A stretch of 64,000 nt of DNA from an uncultured Solirubrobacteraceae bacterium (lineage in GTDB: Bacteria > Actinomycetota > Thermoleophilia > Solirubrobacterales > Solirubrobacteraceae), in contig CAVVZU010000002.1 in the NCBI GenBank assembly GCA_963752865.1, positions 1,394,941-1,458,940 on the forward strand. Direction: 5' to 3'. The position numbers and the translations under genes were made by a program. Positions 39,716 to 49,576 of the stretch are shown in pieces. Every line of letters begins with the position of its first letter. The stretch's first letter is position 1. The notes beneath the pieces are model-generated. The model had not been told where the DNA came from and did no database searches. It saw only the letters and a list, made by a program, of their open reading frames with translations.

Positions 39716-39860
39716 CCACGCCTACGGGGTGAGCTGACGGGCTCGCGCGGCACTGGTCCGGCGCTACGGCCCTGGTGGGCCGATTCGCCCCAGCGGATCG
39801 ACCGATCCGCAATGGGTCCCCCGTCTGCCTCGATCAGAGTCGTGGCAGCTCGGCGTGCGA
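39716..39860 (-). ncRNA. c-di-AMP riboswitch (ydaO-yuaA)
   Basis: Minus strand reads CGCCGA...GGGGGACCCA...GGGGCGAATC...GCGAGCCCGTCAGCTCACCCCGTAGGCG, the ydaO consensus blocks. TATACT -10 element at 39864-39869. Directly upstream of a cell-wall enzyme. Confidence 0.92.
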
Positions 39861-39877
39861 GGCAGTATACAGAGCAC

Positions 39878-40396
39878 TCAGGAGAGCGGCAGGCGCGAGA
39901 GCACGTCCTTGAACAACCGCTCGCCCGTCGAGATGCCAGCCTTGGCCAGCTCTCCGATCAGCTCGGCCGCGCCCGCCACCAGCTCCGCGCCGCCCGGTGG
40001 CTGAATCGGTCCGTTGACGCGCTCGCCCTCGCACTCGAACCCCTGTCTGGGCGCCGGCTCGCTCGTTGCCCCGCCAGCGGTGCGCTTGGGTGCGCTACGC
40101 GCGCTCTTGGGGGCGGCCGAGGTGCGCGCTGCCGTTGCTTTTTGCGTGGTGCGCGTGCGGCTGTCCTTGGTGCCTGTGGGCGGTCGGCCGTTGGAGCCGG
40201 CCGACGAGCGACCGCTGGCCTTTGGCGTCGGCTCACCGGTTGCGCCAGCGCGCCCGGTCTCGGCGGTGCCCGCCGCGGCGGCCTTGCGCGCGGCCGCCCT
40301 GCGTGGGCTCGCGCGTTGTGGGCGCGTACGGGGAAGGTTCGAAAGGACCCCCTGCCCGTCCGCCGGCTCGCTCTTCTTGGGGGGGCTCATGTGCAC
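39878..40396 (-). CDS. Hypothetical protein: basic disordered body with a C-terminal amphipathic helix
   Basis: Fills the gap between the riboswitch promoter and the sigma gene. R/A/S/T-rich, ending GAELV...LFKDVLSRLP. Confidence 0.65.
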   Translation of the reverse strand: MHMSPPKKSEPADGQGVLSNLPRTRPQRASPRRAAARKAAAAGTAETGRAGATGEPTPKASGRSSAGSNGRPPTGTKDSRTRTTQKATAARTSAAPKSARSAPKRTAGGATSEPAPRQGFECEGERVNGPIQPPGGAELVAGAAELIGELAKAGISTGERLFKDVLSRLPLS

Positions 40397-40595
40397 ATCA
40401 TTGCTTAACGTGGCCCTATGAGCGGATCGGCAAACGCTCTAACATCAGCCTCGAGGCGTTAGCATGAGAGCCTGAACTACCGAGTGGATATGTAACGTCG
40501 GCGGGGCTACGGCTGTATGTCCGGCGGGTAGCTGTTCTCAGCGATAAAAACTGCGCGAGGCCACCTCGCCTTCGGGTTGTCGATCGACGGAAGAA

Positions 40596-41711
40596 ATGGA
40601 AACACGAATGTCAGTAGTCGAGCTGCAGGAGCTGGATGAGGTCAAGGGCCTTGTTGCCAAGGGGCAGCAGGTGGGAGTCCTCTCCTATGCGGAGATAAGC
40701 AAGGCAGTGTCCGAGCTCGATCTGGACGAGTCGGACGTCGAGGAGCTGCACGGCTTCTTTGAGAAATCCGAGATCGAGCTCGTCGAGGAGATCGACCCCG
40801 CGATTGCTGCCGCCTCGCAGGTCGAGCGAGCGCCCGACAAGCGTGGCCGACGCAAAGCGAAAACCGCTCTAGACCTCAAGCCGGACATGACGACCGACTC
40901 GCTGCAGCTGTTCTTGAAGGACATCGGCAAGGTACGGCTGCTGACCGCCCAGGAGGAGGTCGACCTCGCCAAGCGCATCGAGCGCGGCGACCTCGACGCC
41001 AAGCAGAAGATGGTCGAGTCCAACCTGCGTCTGGTCGTCTCGATCGCCAAGAACTACCGCAACCAGGGGCTTCCCTTCCTCGACCTGATCCAGGAGGGCA
41101 CGCTCGGCCTGGTTCGCGCCGCGGAGAAGTTCGACTACCGCAAGGGCTTCAAGTTCTCCACCTACGCCACGTGGTGGATCCGCCAGGCGATCGCACGTGC
41201 GCTGGCCGACAAGGCGCGCACGATCCGCATCCCCGTGCACGTCGTTGAGAAGCTCAACAAGATCGGCCGCGCCGAGCGCAAGCTCGTCACCGAGCTCGGC
41301 CGCGAGCCCACCGCCGACGAGATCGCCGAGGTCACCGGAATCGACCCCGAGGAGGTCGACTCGATCAAGCGCTCCGCCCAGGCTCCCGTATCGCTGGAGA
41401 AGCCAGTCGGCGACGAGGAGGAGTCCGAGTTCGGTCAGTTCATCGCCGACGAGCGCGCCGAGTCGCCGTACGAGCGTGCAGCCGAGATCCTCACCAAGGA
41501 GGCTCTGCGCGAGGCGCTGGAGAACCTCTCCTACCGTGAACGACGCGTGCTCGAGCTGCGCTACGGGCTCGGAGGCGAGCACCCCCGCACGCTCGACGAG
41601 GTCGGACGCACGTTCAACGTCACCCGCGAGCGGATTCGCCAGATCGAGAACCAGTCGCTGAAGAAGCTGCAGTCATTGGCGGAGGCGCAAAAGCTCCGCG
41701 ACGTGGCGTAG
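40596..41711 (+). CDS. RpoD/SigA-family sigma-70 factor with region 1.1 (start 40596 or 40608)
   Basis: [11 protein letters not shown] (1.2), [29 protein letters not shown] and TRERIRQIE motifs. Confidence 0.95.
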   Translation: METRMSVVELQELDEVKGLVAKGQQVGVLSYAEISKAVSELDLDESDVEELHGFFEKSEIELVEEIDPAIAAASQVERAPDKRGRRKAKTALDLKPDMTTDSLQLFLKDIGKVRLLTAQEEVDLAKRIERGDLDAKQKMVESNLRLVVSIAKNYRNQGLPFLDLIQEGTLGLVRAAEKFDYRKGFKFSTYATWWIRQAIARALADKARTIRIPVHVVEKLNKIGRAERKLVTELGREPTADEIAEVTGIDPEEVDSIKRSAQAPVSLEKPVGDEEESEFGQFIADERAESPYERAAEILTKEALREALENLSYRERRVLELRYGLGGEHPRTLDEVGRTFNVTRERIRQIENQSLKKLQSLAEAQKLRDVA

Positions 41712-41771
41712 CTTTCGTCCAGGCCGCACCGCGGCGCTCAAGGCGGTCGGGCGGATTGCCGATCAGAGGGC

Positions 41772-42923
41772 ATGTTCGACGTCATGCCTGCGCTGCGTGA
41801 GCTTGTCGCGAAGGAGGGCTCCGATCTGCACCTGAAGGTCGGCTCGGCACCGCTTTACCGCGTGCATGGCGAGTTGATCAAGGACACGAGCACGCCGCCG
41901 CTGAGCGCCGATGACACCGATGGCGCGCTGAAAGCGCTGTTGGGTGATGAAGCCAAGCTGGCCGAGTTTGCCCGCGAGCACGAGGTCGACTTCTCCTTCG
42001 AAATGCAGGGTGTCGCCCGCTACAGGATCAACGCGTTCCTGCAGCGCGGGGTGATCTCGATGGCCTGCCGCGCGATCCCCCATCACATCTCAAGCATCGA
42101 GGAACTGTCGCTGCCGCCGGTGGTGAGCGAACTGGCCGAGGAGGAGCGCGGCATCGTGCTGTTGACCGGGACCACCGGCTCGGGAAAGTCCACAACGCTT
42201 GCGGCGATGATCGACCACATGAACCGCACGATGAACAAGCACATCGTCACGATTGAGGACCCAATCGAGTTCGTCCACGAGGACATCAACTCGGTCATCA
42301 ACCAGCGCGAGGTCGGCATGGACACCGCCTCGTTCAAGCGCGCTCTGCGCAGGGTGCTGCGCCAGGACCCCGACGTGATCCTCGTCGGCGAGATGCGCGA
42401 CGAGGAGACCGTGCAAACGGCGCTGTCGGCGGCTGAGACGGGGCACCTCGTGCTCTCCACCATCCACACGGTCGACGCCACCGAGTCGATCAACCGCATG
42501 CTCGACTTCTTCCCTCCCCACCAGCATGCCCAGGCGCGGAGCATGATCGCCGGCACGATCAAGGGCGTCATCTCTCAGCGACTGGTGCCCGGCGCCGACG
42601 GTGGGCGCGTGGCGGTGTGCGAGATCCTGCGCATGACCGGCCGGGTCCGCGACATGATCGTCGACCCCGCCCAGACGGGCAAGCTCGTGGAGGTCATCAC
42701 CAGCGGTGGCTACTACGGCATGCAGACCTTCGACCAGGCTCTGTTCGGTCACGTCAAGGCCGGCCGAGTGACCTTCGAGGACGCGATGCGAGTGGCGTCC
42801 AGCCCGCACGACTTCAAGCTTTTGATGCAGTCCGACGGGCGCCGAGGCACCACCATGGAGGACGTTGCCGCCGCGGAAGCAAACCGCGACGCGGACTCCA
42901 ACCCTTCGCTCAGCGCCGCCTGA
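41772..42923 (+). CDS. pilT: PilT/PilU-family type IV pilus retraction ATPase
   Basis: SDLHL, GTTGSGKST, TIEDPIE, LRQDPDVILVGEMRD and GMQTFDQ motifs. Confidence 0.9.
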   Translation: MFDVMPALRELVAKEGSDLHLKVGSAPLYRVHGELIKDTSTPPLSADDTDGALKALLGDEAKLAEFAREHEVDFSFEMQGVARYRINAFLQRGVISMACRAIPHHISSIEELSLPPVVSELAEEERGIVLLTGTTGSGKSTTLAAMIDHMNRTMNKHIVTIEDPIEFVHEDINSVINQREVGMDTASFKRALRRVLRQDPDVILVGEMRDEETVQTALSAAETGHLVLSTIHTVDATESINRMLDFFPPHQHAQARSMIAGTIKGVISQRLVPGADGGRVAVCEILRMTGRVRDMIVDPAQTGKLVEVITSGGYYGMQTFDQALFGHVKAGRVTFEDAMRVASSPHDFKLLMQSDGRRGTTMEDVAAAEANRDADSNPSLSAA

Positions 42924-42979
42924 GCCATCGAGCCGGCAGCCGGCTTTGCCACACTTCAGTTGGTAAAGTAAAGGTTGAA

Positions 42980-43348
42980 ATGGCCATCGATGAAACCTGC
43001 CCCGTCTGTATGACGGCGGAAATTGTGTGCGGCAAGTGGACGCTGTTGCTGGTGCGCGATTTGGCAGAGGGGCACTCGCGCTTCTGTGAGCTTGAACGCT
43101 CGCTTGCCGGGATCAGCCCGCGAACACTGTCACTGCGGCTGCGGGCACTGGAGGAGCAGGGGATCGTCGAGCGCCACACGTTCCCCGAGGTGCCGCCCCG
43201 CGTCGAGTACGCGCTGACGGAGAAGGGGCGTGCGCTGCTGCCGATCATCAACGATATGCGCGCCTACGGAGAAGAGTGGCTGGGCGAGGAGTGCGCAGAG
43301 ATCTCCGGTCAAGGGCCGATCGACCAGCAGACGCTCGCAGTCGTCTAA
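42980..43348 (+). CDS. HxlR-family winged-helix regulator
   Basis: CPV...GKWT, RFCEL, ISPRTL and PPRVEYALT motifs. Confidence 0.92.
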   Translation: MAIDETCPVCMTAEIVCGKWTLLLVRDLAEGHSRFCELERSLAGISPRTLSLRLRALEEQGIVERHTFPEVPPRVEYALTEKGRALLPIINDMRAYGEEWLGEECAEISGQGPIDQQTLAVV

Positions 43349-43367
43349 CGCTTTCCCGCTCGAACAC

Positions 43368-44036
43368 ATGGATGCAACGCCGGCTCCAGACTCGACACTG
43401 CCCTACGGACGCCGGCTGCGTCGCACGGCCAGATTGCTGTTGCATCCGACGCGCATACCCAACAAGCGACGGTGGCGGCGTCGCAGGGCAGAGCGAGCCA
43501 AGCTGCTGAGCCTCCTGCCCAGGGAGGCCGTATGTGCCGAGGTCGGGACCTATCGCGGCGACTTTGCCGCCGCGATTCTCAGGTCCTTGAGCCCCAAGCA
43601 GCTATATCTCGTCGACTCCTGGGAGCACCGCTCGGAGGAGCAGTACGAGGGAGCCAGCTACGGCGGCCACGCACTCGCTGGGCAGCAGGGGATGGATGCC
43701 ATGTACGAAGGTGTCGTGGCGCGCTTCCGCGCAGAGATTGACAGCGGCGTAATAGCGATCAAGCGCGCACGCTCACTCGAGGCGGCGGCTTCCTTCGCCG
43801 ATGAGAGCTTGGACTGGGTTTACATCGACGCCGACCACTCCTACGAGGGCGTCAAGCGCGACCTCGACGCCTACTACAGCAAGGTCAAGCCCGGAGGGCT
43901 CATCGCCGGCGATGACTACGGCCAGGGCGACAAATGGTTCGGCCACGGCGTCACCCGCGCCGTCGACGAGTTTGCTGCCGGACCAGCGCAGCTGACGATT
44001 ATCGGCGCGCAGTTTCTGCTCGAAAAGCCACGCTAG
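43368..44036 (+). CDS. Class I SAM-dependent methyltransferase (Methyltransf_24-like)
   Basis: EVGTYRG, VDSW, YIDADHSYEG and KPGGLIAGDDY motifs. Confidence 0.87.
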   Translation: MDATPAPDSTLPYGRRLRRTARLLLHPTRIPNKRRWRRRRAERAKLLSLLPREAVCAEVGTYRGDFAAAILRSLSPKQLYLVDSWEHRSEEQYEGASYGGHALAGQQGMDAMYEGVVARFRAEIDSGVIAIKRARSLEAAASFADESLDWVYIDADHSYEGVKRDLDAYYSKVKPGGLIAGDDYGQGDKWFGHGVTRAVDEFAAGPAQLTIIGAQFLLEKPR

Positions 44037-44076
44037 GCTCGCGTCGCGCGCAGCCTGCGTCGCGACCGCGCCCAGA

Positions 44077-44895
44077 TCAGCTGGGTCGCACGACCGTGTT
44101 TGCGTCGATCGTCTCGGCGACTCGATAGCCGAGCGGTGCCAGGTGCTCTGCGACCCAGCTCTCCGCCGGCAGCGTCTCGAGCACTATCAACGGTCGGCAA
44201 CGCTCGATCGTGCGCATCGCGCCAGCCAGCGCCTCCTGCTCGTGGCCCTCAACGTCCAGCTGGATAGCCGCCACACCGCGATCGCCTGGCACCACCTCAT
44301 CTATCGCCACCAAGCTCACCGGTTCGTTACTCAAACCCTCAGCGTTGGCAGGATCGTCTATCAGTTGGCTACCACCACCCAGTGCCACGCCTTTGCGATC
44401 GCTTGTCGCCAGCAGCGCTGTGTCGTTTCGCCGGCTGAGCCCCGCATGGGTCAGCACGACGTTCTCGAGGCCATTGAGATCGATCGTGATGCTGGCGCAA
44501 CGGTAATTCTCCAGGTTTGGCTCGAACGCCCATACAGTCGCTCCCGGGTCGCGCGAGCGTGCCAGGGCGGGAATGAAGTCCCCAAAAAATGTCCCCGCGT
44601 GCACAATGTCACCCCTTACATCCGCACTGCGCACGAGGTCGAGTGTCTTCGGCTCCCACACGCGAGCATCGAGAATCGTCCGCGCGACCGGCCTGTGCAG
44701 CGAGGACCGCGGAACACAGTAAGCCCCATGCTCATTGCTCGCCACAACCGCGGCGGGCGCGTCGGGCGGCAACCTGACAGCAGCGTCCCGGGGTGAGGGG
44801 GAGGGGCGAGCAGTGCGCGAGCCGGCCTGCTTTCCTTGCCGGAGCGAGCGCCTGACTCGTCGTCTAAGTTGGTGTACCCAGTCGACTAGCCGCAT
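44077..44895 (-). CDS. FkbM-family methyltransferase
   Basis: HAGTFFG, AFEPN, QLDVEGHE and TIERCRPLIVLE motifs. Confidence 0.87.
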   Translation of the reverse strand: MRLVDWVHQLRRRVRRSLRQGKQAGSRTARPSPSPRDAAVRLPPDAPAAVVASNEHGAYCVPRSSLHRPVARTILDARVWEPKTLDLVRSADVRGDIVHAGTFFGDFIPALARSRDPGATVWAFEPNLENYRCASITIDLNGLENVVLTHAGLSRRNDTALLATSDRKGVALGGGSQLIDDPANAEGLSNEPVSLVAIDEVVPGDRGVAAIQLDVEGHEQEALAGAMRTIERCRPLIVLETLPAESWVAEHLAPLGYRVAETIDANTVVRPS

Positions 44896-44932
44896 CTATC
44901 TGCGCCCTATTTTCCCATGGTATGATCGCGCC

Positions 44933-45820
44933 GTGAAGATCGTCGCGATGCTACAGACTTACAACGAGCAACGCTTCATCGGCGACTGTCTCGATCATCT
45001 CGCCGAGCAGGGGATATCGGCTTACCTCGTTGATAACGAATCGACCGACGACACCGTTGCGATAGCGGAGCGACGGCTAGGTAAAAACCTCATCGGCATC
45101 GAGACGCTCGCTCGCGACGGGCACTTCGCTCTGCACAGTCAGCTCGTACGCAAGGAGGAGCTCGCGCAGAGCTTGGACGCCGACTGGCTGATCCACCTCG
45201 ACGCCGACGAATTTCGTGTTTCCCCCGAGCAGGGCCGCTCGCTGGCGCAGGCGATCGCCGAGGTGGACGAGGCAGGCTATAACGCGGTGAATTTCCTCGA
45301 GTTCACTTTTGTACCCACTCGCGAGTCGCCGGACCACGATCACGCCGATTACCTGCAGACGATGCGCTCTTACTATCCGATGCTGCCGCGATTCCCCAAC
45401 CGTCTAAATGCGTGGAAGCGCCAGGACGGCCCCGTGGATCTCACACATTCCGGCGGTCACAAAGTCCGCTTTCCCGGTTTGCGTTTGGCGCCGGCCTCGA
45501 TGTACTCACGTCATTACCTGTTTCTCAGTATCGCCTACGCATCTCGCAAGTTCGGCCCCGAGCGCTATGCGCCGGATGAGATCGCGCGTGGATGGCACAG
45601 CTGGCGATCACGTCAGACCCCCGCGACGATCGAGCTTCCATCCGAGCGCGATCTGCGTACGTATGTCGCCGATCACCTACTCGATCCATCTGACCCTTAC
45701 AAGAGCACCGCCCAGGTTCTCGGCCAGGTCGACAAGTCCGCCCGGCGGCGGGCGCTCCGTAAAAGCTCGCCGCGATGGCTCAAACGAGCAAAGCGGCGCG
45801 CTCAGCGAACCTTGTCGTAG
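44933..45820 (+). CDS. GT2-family glycosyltransferase
   Basis: TYNE, VDNESTDDT and HLDADE motifs. Extended -10 TGG-TATGAT 6 nt upstream of GTG. Confidence 0.85.
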   Translation: MKIVAMLQTYNEQRFIGDCLDHLAEQGISAYLVDNESTDDTVAIAERRLGKNLIGIETLARDGHFALHSQLVRKEELAQSLDADWLIHLDADEFRVSPEQGRSLAQAIAEVDEAGYNAVNFLEFTFVPTRESPDHDHADYLQTMRSYYPMLPRFPNRLNAWKRQDGPVDLTHSGGHKVRFPGLRLAPASMYSRHYLFLSIAYASRKFGPERYAPDEIARGWHSWRSRQTPATIELPSERDLRTYVADHLLDPSDPYKSTAQVLGQVDKSARRRALRKSSPRWLKRAKRRAQRTLS

Positions 45821-46806
45821 CCCCAGAGGCTCACGAGGTCGCGATCGAGATACTCGCTGAGGGCGACCACCTCGGGCTTGAAGCGCTCGCGCAACTCGCT
45901 CATGATGCCTTCATCGGGCGGTGGCACGTCGGCGCGCACGAAGCGGCGTTGGATTGTCAGCGCTGCCTTGCTTCGCAGTCGCTGTGTGGTGAGCGCATTG
46001 ATTGCGATTTTCCCCGAACGGGCGACCGGCGAACGCCCTTTTTTCAGCGAGTTCAGCATGTATCTCGCGCGCTGTGAGCGCACCGTACGTGTTGTTACGT
46101 TCACACTCATCGCCTCGATCGGCGCCTGATCGTCAACTTCCAGGAACTGCAGCACCTTGCGCACCGTTGCCTCGTTGTCGCGGTGAAAATCATCGTAGAT
46201 CAGCACCAGGATCTGATCAGCGGGGAAGCGTGCCCCGTAGCGCTGCAGTTGCTCGACATAGCGGACGTGATCTGAGTACCGAAGGAGCGATGGTCGATGT
46301 GAGAGCCGGGGAATGTGCTTGCCTTCGCGTCTGGTCGCCTCGAGGTAGATCGCCTTGCGCAGGTCTTTCTCGCTCTCCACACCCCAGCGCACGAACAGCA
46401 GATGTAGGGAGCGCAGAAAGCTCGCCGGCTCGCGCAGAATCGCGATGATGCGCGCGTTGGGTTGCAGATCGGCAATGCTCTCAGCGGCGGTGCGAGACCA
46501 GAGATAGAAGGCTGAAGCCTCACCCACGCGCTGCTCGGGCGTAGCCTCGCTGAACAGTGCCAGATACTCCTCCATCGTCTGTGGATAGCCGAGCTCTTGG
46601 GGGCCAAGCTCATGACCCCGACGGGGTTGCATGTCAGCCGCCAGGAAGCGCGGCTCCTTGAGCTGCGGCAGGTAGATCTGCGGACGCCCTCTGAGCATCT
46701 CATATAGCGCCGTCGTGCCAGTCTTGGGCGAGCCGACGATGAAGAAATCAGGCACTCTCAGATGAGGCAAATCGGCCGCGGTCGCCGAGGTGGCAGACAT
46801 TTGCAT
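45802..46806 (-). CDS. PAPS-dependent sulfotransferase
   Basis: PDFFIVGSPKTGTT, KEP, IIAILREP and RDLVSLWGYD motifs. Confidence 0.9.
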   Translation of the reverse strand: MQMSATSATAADLPHLRVPDFFIVGSPKTGTTALYEMLRGRPQIYLPQLKEPRFLAADMQPRRGHELGPQELGYPQTMEEYLALFSEATPEQRVGEASAFYLWSRTAAESIADLQPNARIIAILREPASFLRSLHLLFVRWGVESEKDLRKAIYLEATRREGKHIPRLSHRPSLLRYSDHVRYVEQLQRYGARFPADQILVLIYDDFHRDNEATVRKVLQFLEVDDQAPIEAMSVNVTTRTVRSQRARYMLNSLKKGRSPVARSGKIAINALTTQRLRSKAALTIQRRFVRADVPPPDEGIMSELRERFKPEVVALSEYLDRDLVSLWGYDKVR

Positions 46807-46980
46807 ACCAGGAGGCTACAGATGCCCATTGGTACCCGCAATCGCCTGTATGGTGGCCGCCGGCAACGCTCACATGCTTGCTGAGGGTCGGCGGAAACGC
46901 GGCCCGCGGAGTGACGGCGAGACTGCAAGACACGGTGCGCGTGGCAGGAGCGCCGGCACCGAGCGCGAAGTCAGTCGACC

Positions 46981-48390
46981 ATGCGTTCACTCCAGTTGCA
47001 GACCGCCCTCAGCGAGTACGTCGAAGCGGCCGCTGCCGAGCTCCACGCCGAGATCACGAACGGCACGGAGGTGCCATTTGAGCTCGAGCAGCAGAGCGCG
47101 CGGCGCGGATCGCGCGGCCCGTCGCTGTACTGCTACCGCCCGCTCACCGCCCAGTTCATCGAGGAGCGAGTGTCGGCGCTCGAGCGTATGCCCGCCTACG
47201 CTGAGGCCGCCCGGCTGCTCACCGACTTCGATGGTCTGGATCGCTATCTCGTAAGCCGTGGCCTGGACGGCGGCGGACGGCCGTCCACACGCACGCGGGT
47301 GCGGGCAGCGCTGGGTGCGCTGCTCAGCGACGTCTTCGACGAGCAGACCGATTTCCAGATGCGCCCCGAGCGCCTGCAGGCGGCGCTCGCGCGGCTCGAG
47401 CAGGCCGCGCTGTCAGCCACCAGCGAGATGACGCTCGTCGCGGTGCTGCATGGTCTCACCATCACCTCACCAGAGCTTGCGCTGACCAAGGGCTTGACCA
47501 TCGCTCAGCCGCATGCACTCGAGGGGCTGCCCATCGGTGCGGTTGCCCCTGCCGAAGGGGACGGCAAGCATCTGGTCGTCGTGCTCGCCACCGAATGGCG
47601 GGACAGCAGGGAGTCGGTGGCCCGTGGGTGCGAGATCCTGAAGGATCTACTGCGCGCGCTGAGGCTGTTTGGCGACGGTCGCGTCACGCTCGGCATGCTC
47701 GCCTGGTCGCGTGTCGGTGGCGGCGCATGGAACCCGCAGCCGCTGGGAGGCGGCGGTCGCCCGCACGGCATGCTGGTGGTGACCGCCGAGCAGGAGGACG
47801 AGCTGCGTGCCTTCTGCAGCCTCGTGTCGCGGCGCGCACCGCACAGCAACGAGCTCGCCTGGGCGCTGCGGCGCTTCGAGTTGGGCTGCGAGCGCGAGAG
47901 CCCATACGAGGCGCTGACCGACCATCTGCTGGCCCTGCGCGTGCTACTCGAGCCCGAGGGGCCATCGAGCGGCATGCTGAGCAGACGACTGGCCGCGCTC
48001 TGCGCCACCCCAGAGGGCCGGGCGGAGCTGATCGAGCGGGCCGGCCAGGCACTCGCCCTGGAGCGTTCCCACATTGCTGGGTCCGCTGTTGAGCACGCCG
48101 GGGCTCAGGCCCTCGCCGGCGATATCTCAGACCATCTACGCGCACTGCTGAGGGACGTCGTCTGCGGACATCTCAGCCACGACCTGGTGGCGTTGGCCGA
48201 CGAGCTTCTGATTGAGCCAGTGCCCGAGCCGGTGGTTGCGCCCGAAGCCGAGGCGGCCGCGATTGCCCTCGAGCCGGCCATCGCCGACCAACTTGCCCTT
48301 GCCGAGCAGCTGGCGCCGGCCGAGGCCTCAGTTGAACAGATGCTCGGCGACCTTGGTCAGCCCGAGGAGATCCTGGACGTCTTCATCTAG
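46981..48390 (+). CDS. Hypothetical protein with a C-terminal region resembling ApeA/HEPN-like helical domains
   Basis: Long ORF with GC3 bias and the pattern ALRRF...EALTDHLLALRVLL...LSRRLAAL. Domain call is by eye. Confidence 0.65.
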   Translation: MRSLQLQTALSEYVEAAAAELHAEITNGTEVPFELEQQSARRGSRGPSLYCYRPLTAQFIEERVSALERMPAYAEAARLLTDFDGLDRYLVSRGLDGGGRPSTRTRVRAALGALLSDVFDEQTDFQMRPERLQAALARLEQAALSATSEMTLVAVLHGLTITSPELALTKGLTIAQPHALEGLPIGAVAPAEGDGKHLVVVLATEWRDSRESVARGCEILKDLLRALRLFGDGRVTLGMLAWSRVGGGAWNPQPLGGGGRPHGMLVVTAEQEDELRAFCSLVSRRAPHSNELAWALRRFELGCERESPYEALTDHLLALRVLLEPEGPSSGMLSRRLAALCATPEGRAELIERAGQALALERSHIAGSAVEHAGAQALAGDISDHLRALLRDVVCGHLSHDLVALADELLIEPVPEPVVAPEAEAAAIALEPAIADQLALAEQLAPAEASVEQMLGDLGQPEEILDVFI

Positions 48391-49461
48391 GTGCGGGACG
48401 ACGATCGGGCGGCGCTCGCCCACCGCCTGTGACAGTCGGGCCACCGTTTCCCGGTCGCGCCGCGCGAGGACGTCGAAGTCAGCCAGGTTGACCGCCACGC
48501 GCGCAGCCAGGCGCTCGCCCAGCTTCGGCGTCAGTAGCTCTGCCACCTCTCCTGGCGAGAACTCGTCAAGGCCGTAGGTGTGCGCACGGTTGACGATCAG
48601 CTCGCCCACAGGCATCCCCGCGGCGCGCAGCCTATCTGCCAGGAACTGCGCCTCGCGGGCCGGCTCCACCTCGGGCGAGGTCACGATCAGAAAAGTCGTG
48701 TGCGGTGCGCGCAGAAGGGCCGCCACGCTGCGCGTGCGCTCGCCGAAGCCATCGACCACCCCCGTCAGTGCCCGGAAGAAGCGCGATAGCTCGCCAAGCA
48801 TGTCCACGCCGGTGACGCGCGCGAAGATCGCGAAGATCAGCGCCGTGCCGCGACCGAACAGCCGCGCGGTCAGCCCGCCCGGGGCGAGGAAGACCTGCAG
48901 CGCCCGCCCTTCCAGGAAGCCCAGCATGCGGTTGGGTGCGTCCAGGAAGTCCAGCGTGTTGCGTGACGGCGGCGTGTCGAGCACGATCGCATCGAAGTCG
49001 TGCTCCTCGTAGAGCTCGTAGAGCTTCGCGATTGCACTCAGCTCGTGCGAGCCGGAAACCGCGGTAGACAGCTCTCTGTACACCGGGTTCGCGAGGATCT
49101 CCGCACGCGCATGCTCGTCGGGTGCCAGCCGCGCGATCAGCTCATCAAACGTCCGCTTGGCGTCCAGCATCATCGCCCACAGCTCGCCCTCGATCGCAAC
49201 GCCCTGCTCGGCAAACAGCTGCGGGTCGATCCGCTGTGGCTCCGAGGGCAACTCCGCCAGCCCCAACGCCGAGGCCAGCCGCTTGGCTGGGTCGATCGTC
49301 ACCACCGCCACCTTGCGTCCGCGCAACGCCAGCCCGAGCGCCAGCGCTGCCGCGGTCGTCGTCTTACCCACACCGCCCGCGCCCACGCATACGAGAACCC
49401 GCTTGTCACGCAGACGTGCCTGCAGCGTGGACGCGTCCTTCGAGGAGCCAGTGGCCTTCAT
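48328..49461 (-). CDS. ArsA/Get3-family ATPase (Rv3680-like)
   Basis: GAGGVGKTT, TIDPAKRLA, LDTPP..N.LDFLDAP and IVNR motifs. Confidence 0.9.
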   Translation of the reverse strand: MKATGSSKDASTLQARLRDKRVLVCVGAGGVGKTTTAAALALGLALRGRKVAVVTIDPAKRLASALGLAELPSEPQRIDPQLFAEQGVAIEGELWAMMLDAKRTFDELIARLAPDEHARAEILANPVYRELSTAVSGSHELSAIAKLYELYEEHDFDAIVLDTPPSRNTLDFLDAPNRMLGFLEGRALQVFLAPGGLTARLFGRGTALIFAIFARVTGVDMLGELSRFFRALTGVVDGFGERTRSVAALLRAPHTTFLIVTSPEVEPAREAQFLADRLRAAGMPVGELIVNRAHTYGLDEFSPGEVAELLTPKLGERLAARVAVNLADFDVLARRDRETVARLSQAVGERRPIVVPHLDEDVQDLLGLTKVAEHLFN

Positions 49462-49576
49462 AGGGGAGGGCTCAGCATCGTCGTCATCTCCCGATCGTAG
49501 TTCCCATGCAGGAATCCCACCTCAGCATGCGAATACCCACCGGACGGCTTTCCAGCAATCGAGCATCGGAGCCACC

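Noticed and set aside
41772-42923. Type IV pilus gene cluster
   Set aside because: Only a lone PilT-like ATPase is present, with no pilin, pilB or pilC in the window.
48328-49461. Arsenic resistance locus
   Set aside because: No arsB/acr3/arsC/arsR genes and no metal-binding Cys pattern. It resembles the Get3-like actinobacterial clade.
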